From Acidimicrobiales bacterium (GTDB lineage: Bacteria > Actinomycetota > Acidimicrobiia > Acidimicrobiales > Acidimicrobilacustridaceae), in assembly GCA_026419545.1 (NCBI GenBank), contig JANZZE010000001.1:904-64903 (forward strand): 64,000 bases of DNA, read 5' to 3'. A program made the position numbers and the translations under genes. Position 1 is the first letter of the stretch. Every line of letters begins with the position of its first letter. This document shows, piece by piece, positions 1 to 8,046 of this stretch. The notes under the pieces are model-generated. The model did no database searches. It worked only from the letters and a program-made list of their open reading frames with translations, and was not told where the DNA came from.

Positions 1-84
1 CGGGATCGCAGGTGTGCGAGCCACCTGTGTCATCTCCTCCGTCCAACGATCGAGCTCGCGGAATGGATCGAATCGCAGCAACAT
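1..84 (-). CDS. Hsp20/alpha-crystallin family small heat-shock protein, first 28 codons only (gene runs off the left edge)
   Basis: My own translation of the minus strand from the ATG at 84-82 gives MLLRFDPFRELDRWTEEMTQVARTPAIP. This is the typical actinobacterial sHSP N-terminus (DPFRELDR motif). An SD-like agaggag lies a few nt upstream. The gene is absent from the ORF track because it is truncated. Confidence 0.6.
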   Translation of the reverse strand, partial: MLLRFDPFRELDRWTEEMTQVARTPAIP

Positions 85-127
85 GGTTCCCACTCCTCTC
101 GGTCTTGGTTTGCCGTTTGTCGCTCGC

Positions 128-149
128 CCGCCGGAGTCCCCTCCGGCGG
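128..149 (-). promoter_or_regulatory. Perfect 9-bp inverted repeat (ccgccggag tccc ctccggcgg) in the upstream/leader region of the hsp20-like gene
   Basis: Seen directly in the sequence. It overlaps a second inverted pair, gagtcc/ggactc (135-153), and lies about 45-65 nt upstream of the ATG. Whether it acts as an operator or as a 5' UTR hairpin is unknown. Confidence 0.3.
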
Positions 150-218
150 ACTCAATATCTACACAAAAGATAGCAGAAAACCTAAGCGTTTCCAACTAAA
201 GTTTTTAGGTGTCCAAAT

Positions 219-264
219 GACAACTGGCGCGCACCGGTCTAGCAGCCGGTGCGCGCCAGTTGTC
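219..264 (-). terminator. Strong GC-rich hairpin downstream of pckG
   Basis: Perfect 19-bp inverted repeat gacaactggcgcgcaccgg / ccggtgcgcgccagttgtc with an 8-nt loop, about 40 nt past the pckG stop (302). It has no clear U-tract, which is the hairpin-only terminator style frequent in high-GC actinobacteria. Confidence 0.6.
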
Positions 265-301
265 CGGCGGGTCGGAGCTTTGCAGGATTAATTAGCGGCT
301 G

Positions 302-2098
302 TCAGCCAGCGAGACGTTTCTCCAGCGCGTTCAATTCGTCACGGAGTTCGGGCGGCAGGCGATCGCCGAAGAGATCGTAATGGGCTTCGAGCTGGGGGAT
401 TTCCTGGCGCCACGCCTCGTTGTCGACGGATAGCAGCTGCTGCATTGTGGCGTCGTCGATGTCGAGCCCGGACACATCGATCGTCCCCGGGGCTGGGACC
501 CGGCCGATGGCGGTATCGCACGCCTCGGCCGTGCCCTCGAGCCGTTCGATGATCCATTTGAGCACCCGGCTGTTCTCGCCGAAACCGGGCCAGAGGAAGG
601 AACCGTCCTCACCCTTTCGGAACCAGTTCACCCAGTAGAGCTTGGGCAGCTTGTCGGGATCGGTGGCTCGGCCGATCTTGAGCCAATGAGCGAAATAGTC
701 GCCCATGTTGTAGCCGCAGAACGGCAGCATGGCGAACGGGTCGAAACGAAGTTCGCCGACGGTGCCAGCTGCGGCGGCGGTCTTTTCGGATGACATGATC
801 GAACCGAGGAAGACCCCGTGGTCCCAGTTGAACGACTCGGTCACCAGTGGGACGTTGGTCGCCCGGCGACCGCCGAACAGGATCGCCGAGATCGGCACGC
901 CGTTGGGGTCTTCCCACTCGGGCGCGATGCTCGGACACTGTCGTGCCGGAGCGGTGAAACGAGCGTTGGGGTGAGCTGCGGGCGTTCCTCGTTCGGGCCG
1001 CCAGTCGTGGCCTTGCCAGTCGATGAGGTGCTCGGGTGGCTCTTCCGTCATGTCTTCCCACCACACGTCGCCTTCGTCAGTGAGCGCGCAGTTGGTGAAG
1101 ATGCAGTTGGCGTCGAGCGTCCGCATGGCATTGGCGTTGGTCTTGAGCGACGTGCCCGGCGCAACGCCGAAGAACCCGGCTTCAGGATTGATCGCGTAGA
1201 GGCGGCCGTCCTCGCCGAACTTCATCCAGGCGATGTCATCGCCAATGGTCTCGACCTGCCAACCGGGAAGCGTCGGGATCATCATGGCCATGTTGGTCTT
1301 CCCGCAGGCTGACGGGAATGCCGCTGCGATATATCGCTTTTTGCCGTTCGGTGGTGTCACGCCCAAGATGAGCATGTGCTCAGCGAGCCAGCCGCCGTCT
1401 CGTGCCATGGTCGAGGCAATCCGCAAGGCGAAGCACTTCTTGCCCAACAGGGCGTTGCCGCCGTAGCCCGACCCGTAGGACCAGATCTCGCGGGTTTCCG
1501 GGAAGTGCACGATGTACTTGTTGTCAGCATCGCACGGCCACGGGGAATCTTTGGCGCCGTTCGGCAGTGGCGCGCCGACCGAGTGTACACAGGGCACGAA
1601 TTCGCCATCGGTCCCGAGGACGTCGAGTGCGGCCTGACCCATGCGGGTCATGATCCGCATGTTGACGGCGACGTAGGCCGAGTCCGTCAGCTGCACTCCG
1701 ATGTGAGCGATCGGTGATCCGAGCGGCCCCATGGAGAAAGGCACGACGAAAAGCGTCCGGCCCTCCATCGCGCCGTCGAACAGCCGGAGCAGCTCCTTCT
1801 TCATCTCTGCGGGAGGACGCCAGTTGTTGGTGGGCCCAGCATCTTCCTCACGTTCCGAGCAGATGAACGTACGGTCCTCGACTCGAGCGACGTCGCCGGG
1901 ATCGGACAGAGCGAGATAACTACTTGGCCGCAGGTCGTAGTTCAGGCGTTGGAAGGTCCCACTCTTGACCAAGAGCTCGCAGAGCCAGGTCCGCTCCTCC
2001 TCGGAACCGTCACACCAGTGGATGCGGTCCGGTTTGAGGATCTTGACCCACTCGTCGACCCAGTCGAGAAGCCTTTGGTTGGTGGTTCTTGCGGCCAT
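302..2098 (-). CDS. pckG: Phosphoenolpyruvate carboxykinase (GTP)
   Basis: 598-aa ORF with a full-length GTP-PEPCK pattern, including the kinase-1a loop FPSACGKTN and the WMKF / GFFGVAPGT blocks. Confidence 0.95.
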   Translation of the reverse strand: MAARTTNQRLLDWVDEWVKILKPDRIHWCDGSEEERTWLCELLVKSGTFQRLNYDLRPSSYLALSDPGDVARVEDRTFICSEREEDAGPTNNWRPPAEMKKELLRLFDGAMEGRTLFVVPFSMGPLGSPIAHIGVQLTDSAYVAVNMRIMTRMGQAALDVLGTDGEFVPCVHSVGAPLPNGAKDSPWPCDADNKYIVHFPETREIWSYGSGYGGNALLGKKCFALRIASTMARDGGWLAEHMLILGVTPPNGKKRYIAAAFPSACGKTNMAMMIPTLPGWQVETIGDDIAWMKFGEDGRLYAINPEAGFFGVAPGTSLKTNANAMRTLDANCIFTNCALTDEGDVWWEDMTEEPPEHLIDWQGHDWRPERGTPAAHPNARFTAPARQCPSIAPEWEDPNGVPISAILFGGRRATNVPLVTESFNWDHGVFLGSIMSSEKTAAAAGTVGELRFDPFAMLPFCGYNMGDYFAHWLKIGRATDPDKLPKLYWVNWFRKGEDGSFLWPGFGENSRVLKWIIERLEGTAEACDTAIGRVPAPGTIDVSGLDIDDATMQQLLSVDNEAWRQEIPQLEAHYDLFGDRLPPELRDELNALEKRLAG

Positions 2099-2299
2099 GA
2101 AACCTCCGACGCCGTTGTCGTGAACTACGACTCGAGTACTGACGAGTGCTGGAGCCCTGCAGCGAGGAGCGAACCGCCGTCACGGTGCGCACCCCGAACA
2201 AAGCGGTTCCTCGTTACCAGGAGATTGCCAGCGGCTGAACGCCATCGTACTCATGGGGCCGACGTCGGATGAAAGCTCGCCGCGAACCAGGGGTTGTGT

Positions 2300-2563
2300 C
2301 TATGGGAGGTAGGGGTGCTGTTCGTCGTCGGGGTGGGGCAGTGGGAAGCCCGGTGTCCCCATGTCGGCTTCGGAACCGATCCTGATGCGAGTCGCCTGGC
2401 GTTGTCCGTCGAGTTCGAAATTGACTCGTTGGCCCTGCCGAAGCATGCGGAAGATCGAGCCTTCGAGCGCGTCGGGCGCAAGCTCGTATTCCTGGAGATC
2501 GGTATCGGTGACGACCACGCCGCTGCGGGTCAACGGGTCGTAAGCCTTGATCACACCCTGCAT
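2300..2563 (-). CDS. Small cold-shock-domain-like (OB-fold) protein, function unknown
   Basis: I start at the internal ATG (MQGVIKAYDPLTRSGVVV...) to avoid overlapping rpmB. The layout GVIKAYDP..G..V ... L.QGQRVNFELDG..QATRIRI parallels the CspA fold but lacks the canonical RNP motifs. Confidence 0.5.
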   Translation of the reverse strand: MQGVIKAYDPLTRSGVVVTDTDLQEYELAPDALEGSIFRMLRQGQRVNFELDGQRQATRIRIGSEADMGTPGFPLPHPDDEQHPYLP

Positions 2564-2597
2564 TGCTTGGTCCTCGGAGGGCTCGCGCGCTTGGGTG

Positions 2598-2792
2598 TCA
2601 ACGAACGGCCTTCTGCACCTTGCCAGCTTTGATGCAGCTGGTGCAGGCATTGAGGCGTTTGGGTGTACCGTTCACGATTGCTCGGACACGTTGGATATTT
2701 GGGTTCCACCGGCGGCGCGTGCGCCGATGTGAGTGGCTGACCTTCATGCCGAACGACGGCTTCTTGCCGCACAGGTCGCACACCGAAGCCAT
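2598..2792 (-). CDS. rpmB: 50S ribosomal protein L28
   Basis: [34 protein letters not shown]... is a typical L28 sequence. I take the start at the second ATG of the ORF. Confidence 0.9.
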   Translation of the reverse strand: MASVCDLCGKKPSFGMKVSHSHRRTRRRWNPNIQRVRAIVNGTPKRLNACTSCIKAGKVQKAVR

Positions 2793-3013
2793 GACGAGCA
2801 CCTCTTGTTACAAGATCGCGATGGGATGAGTTTGCTGGAGAGCAATTTGCCGCGATGATCAAGGCACCCGCGGCCGCAGAAGGAGGGTAGCAGGGCGTTG
2901 TGCGGTCTCCCAAGTGCCGAGCTGAGCATTGCATTGGACCGACGTGGGCGTCATGAACTGTGGCATGATCCCGGATCTACCGGTCGCGGTGCGGCCAGCT
3001 GAGGGAGGTCGTC

Positions 3014-5974
3014 GTGGTGGCAAGCTCAGGGCGGCATGAGTCGAGTGGGAAAGTCAGATGCCGGAGATCCCTCGCCCGGCGCGCACCAGTGAGTCGACCA
3101 GCGAGACTGGTCCTGGTAACGGCATTTGCCGCGTTGATCGGCGTGACCATCCTGCCCGCTTCTGCTGATCCTGCCTACGCGGTTCGGCCAGCGTCGCCGG
3201 CCGCACAACCCGTGGCCGAGCAGTCGGTCCGCCCCGCCGGGGGCCCGCCGCTGACGCCCGAACTGCGTGCTCAGCTCACCGCGGACGTCCCCCAAACTCC
3301 AGTGCCTCCAAAGTTCCGTGGTGGTCCAAAGGACGGCGAACTCGCCAGGAAGGCGGCGGTGGACGGCGACGCAGAAGTGCTGGTCGAGGTGCTTTATGAA
3401 GGACACGATGAACGCCCTGCGGTTGCGGCAATCGAAGCAGCCGGAGGAACGGTGACCGGACACGTCCCAGGTGCGTTGGTTGAGGCGAGGGTGCGGGCGA
3501 AGACCATTCGCCAGATCGAGTTGGCGCACGGCGTTGTCCACGTGCGTCATCCAGAGCTGCTCGAAGGCGCGCCGGTGGGCGACAGCACTGCGCCGCCCCC
3601 GCCAGCAGCTGCCGAAACAGCGTTCGCAGCCCCTTCGGTTACCGGCGAACACGTCGCCAAGATGAACGTGCTTGCGTGGCAGAACGCTGGCTACAAGGGT
3701 CAGGGTGTCAAGGTCGGCATCATCGACTCGTTCGACTCCGCGGCGTGGACCGCTGCGCAATCGGCCGGTGAGGTGCCGGCGCCCTCGGCCACCTTCTGCC
3801 GGTTCGGCGGCTCAAGCTGCAACATCTGGAGCGGTGGCACCGTACATGGCGTCGCTGTTGCCGAGGTGATCCATGACCAAGCCCCGATGGCGCAGCTCTA
3901 CCTCGCGTCGGTTGGAACGGCATCCGATTTGCAGGCGGCGCTCGACTGGTTCGTAGCCAACGGTGTCAAGATCGTGAGCCGTTCACAGGCGGTTCCCTAT
4001 GACGGGCCCGGCGATGGAACCGGTGCCGTCGCCACCGCCGTCAACAACGGCATTGCCAATGGCCTGACCATCTTCAAGTCAGCTGGCAACACTGCTGGGG
4101 GCAGTGGGAACCCGGGCAGCTACTGGCGTGGGAGCTGGTATGACCCGGATGGTGATGGCTGGCTCAACTTCTCGGGATCTGATGAGACCCTCGGTATGGT
4201 CTGCGGCTACCAGTTCGGGTTCCGTTGGAGTGACTGGGGGGTTGGGTCTCCATCGGACTACGACATCTTCTGGTACGACTCGTCCGGCATCCTGCTTGGT
4301 TCAAGCACTGCTGTCCAGGACGATGCCACCGATCTACCGCTCGAGCGGATACCTGAAGATGACTGCCCGGGCGGAGTCGTGTACCTAAAGGTGCACCTGT
4401 GGGACGCTGGTAGCGGCACCGCTGGCGACGTGCTCGAATACATGGTCAACGCCTCAGCGTTCGAGTACTGGCAGTCGCCCTATAGCGCGGCCTCACCGAT
4501 GGGGGACTCCTCGAATCCTGGCCTCATGTCTGTTGGCGCCATCGATCCAGCGCTCGGCACGACGATCGCGTACTACAGCTCGCAGGGCCCGACCAACGAT
4601 GGTCGGATCAAGCCTGACGTGAGCGCGCCGTCCTGTCTGCAGTCGTACTCCTACCCGAGCCCCGACTGCTTCAACGGGACGAGTGCGGCTGCGCCCGCCG
4701 CTGCAGGCGCCGCGGCTGTGGTCCTTGGGTCGGGCGTGGTCGGCAACGTGCCCCTCCACATCACAACGTTCTTGCGATCCTCGGTGATCGACCGCGGCGC
4801 TCCGGGACCAGACAACGTCTACGGGAGGGGTGAGATCCGGCTGCCTGATCCCCCGCCGCCTTCCACAGGGAGGTACACCCCGGTCACCCCGGCCCGGATC
4901 GTGGACTCCCGTGACAACACTGGAGGGTTTGCCGGCACTCCGTGGGGTCCCGGCCAGATCCGCCAGGTGCAGGTCGGCGGTCAGGGTGGCGTGCCGAGTG
5001 ACGCCACCGCGGTGGTAGCCAACGTGACCGCCGTTTCTCCCTCCGCGCCCTCGCATCTCAGCCTCTACCCGACGGGAAGTCCGACACCGTGGGTGTCGAA
5101 TCTGAACTTCGTGGCCGGTCAGACGGTGCCCAACCTCGTCGTCGTCAAGCTAGGCACAGCTGGCCGGATCGACGTTCGGAACAACACGGGCAGCGTGCAT
5201 GTCGTGATCGACGTCGTGGGCTATTTCAAGGCTTCGACTGGGAGCCGGTTCAATCCCCTGACCCCGATGCGCATTCTCGACTCCCGTGACGGCACCGGCG
5301 GGATCTCGGGCAGGTGGGCTCCGGGCCAGACGCGTGATCTGACCGTGACGACCGGGAGTGTGCCGTCTGCGGCCACAGCAGTGGTGCTCAACGTGACGGT
5401 GACCGGGCCAACCGCGCCGTCGCATCTCACGGTGTGGCCAGCGGGAGTTGGGATGCCGTTAGCGTCGAACCTGAACTTCGTGGCTGGCCAGACTGTGCCG
5501 AATCTCGTGATTGTCGGTGTCGGTACTGGTGGCAAGGTCTCGATCTACAACAACTCGGGATCTGTCCACGTGATCGCGGACGTGGTCGGGTATTTCGAGG
5601 CCGGTGCTGGCTCGTACTACACCGGCATCACCCCGGCCAGGATCCTCGATTCCCGCGACGGAACAGGCTCGGCGCCGCTGCCCTGGCTGAATGGGGAGAC
5701 CAGGTCGGTGAAGGTGGCGGGCATGGCCGGAATCCCAACTGACGCAACGGCGGTCGTGTTGAACGTGACGGTGACTGGGCCGACCGCGCCCTCGCACCTC
5801 ACGGTGTGGCCCGCTGGTGTCGGTATGCCGCTGGCCTCAAACCTGAACTTCGTGACCGGTCAGACTGTGCCCAATCTCGTGGTCGTGAAGCTCGGCGCGT
5901 CGGGAAACATCAACATCTTCAACAACGCGGGCTGGGTCCACGTGATCGGTGACGTCGTGGGCTATTTCCAGTAG
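3014..5974 (+). CDS. Secreted subtilisin-like (S8) serine protease with three C-terminal ~120-aa domain repeats
   Basis: The N-terminus has a hydrophobic signal-like segment (LVLVTAFAALIGVTILPASA). The catalytic motifs are VGIIDSFD (Asp), HGVAVAEV (His) and GTSAAAPAAAGAAA (Ser). The exact start is uncertain. Confidence 0.85.
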   Translation: MVASSGRHESSGKVRCRRSLARRAPVSRPARLVLVTAFAALIGVTILPASADPAYAVRPASPAAQPVAEQSVRPAGGPPLTPELRAQLTADVPQTPVPPKFRGGPKDGELARKAAVDGDAEVLVEVLYEGHDERPAVAAIEAAGGTVTGHVPGALVEARVRAKTIRQIELAHGVVHVRHPELLEGAPVGDSTAPPPPAAAETAFAAPSVTGEHVAKMNVLAWQNAGYKGQGVKVGIIDSFDSAAWTAAQSAGEVPAPSATFCRFGGSSCNIWSGGTVHGVAVAEVIHDQAPMAQLYLASVGTASDLQAALDWFVANGVKIVSRSQAVPYDGPGDGTGAVATAVNNGIANGLTIFKSAGNTAGGSGNPGSYWRGSWYDPDGDGWLNFSGSDETLGMVCGYQFGFRWSDWGVGSPSDYDIFWYDSSGILLGSSTAVQDDATDLPLERIPEDDCPGGVVYLKVHLWDAGSGTAGDVLEYMVNASAFEYWQSPYSAASPMGDSSNPGLMSVGAIDPALGTTIAYYSSQGPTNDGRIKPDVSAPSCLQSYSYPSPDCFNGTSAAAPAAAGAAAVVLGSGVVGNVPLHITTFLRSSVIDRGAPGPDNVYGRGEIRLPDPPPPSTGRYTPVTPARIVDSRDNTGGFAGTPWGPGQIRQVQVGGQGGVPSDATAVVANVTAVSPSAPSHLSLYPTGSPTPWVSNLNFVAGQTVPNLVVVKLGTAGRIDVRNNTGSVHVVIDVVGYFKASTGSRFNPLTPMRILDSRDGTGGISGRWAPGQTRDLTVTTGSVPSAATAVVLNVTVTGPTAPSHLTVWPAGVGMPLASNLNFVAGQTVPNLVIVGVGTGGKVSIYNNSGSVHVIADVVGYFEAGAGSYYTGITPARILDSRDGTGSAPLPWLNGETRSVKVAGMAGIPTDATAVVLNVTVTGPTAPSHLTVWPAGVGMPLASNLNFVTGQTVPNLVVVKLGASGNINIFNNAGWVHVIGDVVGYFQ
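4874..5971 (+). repeat. Three tandem in-frame domain repeats (4874-5248, 5249-5617, 5618-5971) inside the S8 protease gene
   Basis: Each unit reads [YF]xPxTPxRIxDSRDxTG ... ATAVVxNVT ... PSHL(T/S)(V/L)(W/Y)P ... SNLNFVxGQTVPNLV ... G.VHV(I/V).DVVGYF. Units 2 and 3 share a 45-aa block with a single replacement. Confidence 0.9.
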
Positions 5975-6116
5975 GCGACGCATCGTGTGGCGTCAACAGT
6001 CGGAAGGCGATGGGCCGACCAGGTGTCTTGATGCCCACTCCTGGCCGACGGAAGCGCGGGGGACGACTGCGCGTCACGACTAGTCTCCCGCCGGTGACCG
6101 TCCGTGCTGGAGCCCG

Positions 6117-7778
6117 ATGACGATGACCGCGCTGGAACAACTGACCGTCAACGACCTCAGAGCGGTCATGGCGACCTATGCAGCAGCACTTCGCGCGCAC
6201 CGGGAAGCGATCAACCGCCTCAACGTCTACCCGGTGCCGGATGGTGATACGGGTACGAACATGGCGCTCACCCTCGAGTCCGTCGTTGCCGAGGTCGAAG
6301 CAGTCGGCGCTGAGCTTGAACCGACCTGCGCGGCCATCAGCCACGGCTCTCTCATGGGAGCCCGTGGCAACAGCGGCGTGATCCTCTCACAGATCCTGCG
6401 CGGCTTCGCCGAGGTGATCCGGGTCGAGCCCGTCATCGACGCGAGGGTCCTTGCCCGGGCTTTGACCCGGGCGAGCGAGGCAGCGTATGGCGCGGTCATG
6501 AAGCCAGTTGAGGGGACGATCCTCACCGTTGTTCGAGTTGCAGCTGAGGAGGCGGGCCGGTGCGCAAGCGCTGGCGGTTCGTTGGTTGACGTGCTCTCGG
6601 TTGCTCGGGACGCGGCTGGCTCCGCCCTCGAAGAGACCCCGGAGTTGTTGCCTGTTCTCAAGGAAGCAGGGGTGGTGGACGCCGGCGGAGCCGGTTTCGT
6701 CCTTCTTCTTGATTCGATCCTCCATGTGGTGGATGGTCGACCGCTGCCTGAGCCCGACATTGCGGCAACGCCGGATGGCGTGGCGGCGATGGCTGAGCAG
6801 CGGGGGCGCGGCCACAGCGAAGATGAGGTCTCCGGCTTGCGCTATGAGGTCATGTTCTTCCTCGAGGCACCAGATCACACCATCCCTGCGTTCAAGGACG
6901 TGTGGGCTGGGGTTGGCGACTCGATCGTGGTTGTCGGCGGCGACGGGCTCTGGAACTGCCACATCCACACGGATGACATCGGTGCAGCCATCGAGGCGGC
7001 ACTTGATTGTGGTCGGCCCCGAAAGATCCGCGTGACCGACCTGCTCGAGCAAGTCGAAGAGGAACGCTGGGTTCGCGAAGCCGGGATGGAGTCTGACCGA
7101 CCCGCTCACGCCGACGAGCCGGTCACGACCGCCGTGGTTGCGGTCGCGACCGGGGCCGGCGTTAGCCGGATCTTTCACTCGTTGGGGGTGCAGCGGATCG
7201 TGCCGGGCGGTCAGACGATGAATCCGTCGACAGCGCAACTGCTCGAGGCAGTTGAGTCTGCGCCGGCCGACGACGTGATCATCCTCCCGAACAACAAGAA
7301 CATCATCCCGGTGGCCGAGCAGGTCCAACTGCAGACCACCAAGAAGGTCTACGTGGTCCCGACCGAAGGTATCGCCGAAGGGTTCGCATCGCTGCTGTCG
7401 TATGATCCGGAGTCGCCGGGTTCGGAAAATGCGGAGGCAATGCGCTCTGCTGCCGAAGCCGTGGTCGCGGGCGAGGTGACCCAAGCGGTGCGGGATTCGG
7501 TGTGCGATCTTGGACCGATCGCCAAGGGTGATTGGATCGGGTTGTCGCGTGAGGGGATCGTCTCGGTGGCCGGCTCGGTCGACGAGGCCTGCGTGCGGCT
7601 GCTCGACGCCCTCATCGGTGACGAGCATGAGCTGGTGACGATCATCGAAGGTGAGGGTGCCAGCGATGCGACCACCCGACGCGTGATCGTGTGGCTACAA
7701 GAGCACCGACCGGGGATCGAAGCCGAGGTGCATCACGGAGGTCAACCGCTCTACCCCTACCTGTTCGGAATCGAGTGA
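6117..7778 (+). CDS. yloV: DAK2/DhaL-domain fusion protein (YloV family)
   Basis: Carries the DhaL motif VYPVPDGDTGTNM near the N-terminus. It is 553 aa long and sits immediately upstream of recG, as in other Gram-positive bacteria. Confidence 0.85.
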   Translation: MTMTALEQLTVNDLRAVMATYAAALRAHREAINRLNVYPVPDGDTGTNMALTLESVVAEVEAVGAELEPTCAAISHGSLMGARGNSGVILSQILRGFAEVIRVEPVIDARVLARALTRASEAAYGAVMKPVEGTILTVVRVAAEEAGRCASAGGSLVDVLSVARDAAGSALEETPELLPVLKEAGVVDAGGAGFVLLLDSILHVVDGRPLPEPDIAATPDGVAAMAEQRGRGHSEDEVSGLRYEVMFFLEAPDHTIPAFKDVWAGVGDSIVVVGGDGLWNCHIHTDDIGAAIEAALDCGRPRKIRVTDLLEQVEEERWVREAGMESDRPAHADEPVTTAVVAVATGAGVSRIFHSLGVQRIVPGGQTMNPSTAQLLEAVESAPADDVIILPNNKNIIPVAEQVQLQTTKKVYVVPTEGIAEGFASLLSYDPESPGSENAEAMRSAAEAVVAGEVTQAVRDSVCDLGPIAKGDWIGLSREGIVSVAGSVDEACVRLLDALIGDEHELVTIIEGEGASDATTRRVIVWLQEHRPGIEAEVHHGGQPLYPYLFGIE

Positions 7779-7850
7779 TTGAGGCTGCGCCGCCGGTGTT
7801 GCGGCCGTTGCCTCACCTTGTCGATATCAACGACCCAAATTCATGATCCT

Positions 7851-7959
7851 GGCGAGGCCGGGTTTCGCGGCCAACTGGTCGAGGCCTGAGCGCCAACCGA
7901 AACACCGCGATCTATCACGACGGCGAGGCCGGGTTTCGCGGCCAACTGGTCGAGGCCTG
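7851..7959. repeat. Two-copy perfect 38-nt direct repeat, offset 71 bp (7851-7888 and 7922-7959)
   Basis: ggcgaggccgggtttcgcggccaactggtcgaggcctg occurs twice, separated by a unique 33-nt spacer. It lies in the intergenic region between yloV and recG. Confidence 0.95.
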
Positions 7960-8046
7960 CAACGCCCGAGCTGTGGGCGTTCGCCCGAGTTTGGTCAAGA
8001 CGTTTTCGTCGCGGCGCGACCAGCTCGCGGTACGTTCAGGGTCGCT

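Noticed and set aside
135-153. gagtcc...ggactc upstream of hsp20 as an HspR HAIR operator.
   Set aside because: HAIR is TTGAGT-N7-ACTCAA. On the hsp20 strand the half-site-like elements TTGAGT and ACTC are about 12 nt apart and the second half is incomplete.
14-199. 61-aa plus-strand ORF at the left edge.
   Set aside because: It overlaps the hsp20-like start and its upstream region on the opposite strand, and its sequence is low-complexity Ser/Arg/Pro.
6387-7628. 413-aa minus-strand ORF antisense to yloV. Similar long antisense ORFs lie at 33446-34786, 60722-61963, 15396-16232, 61654-62520 and 8256-8984.
   Set aside because: All are Arg/Pro/Gly-rich, overlap strongly supported genes on the other strand, and lack recognisable motifs. 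They are high-GC shadow ORFs.
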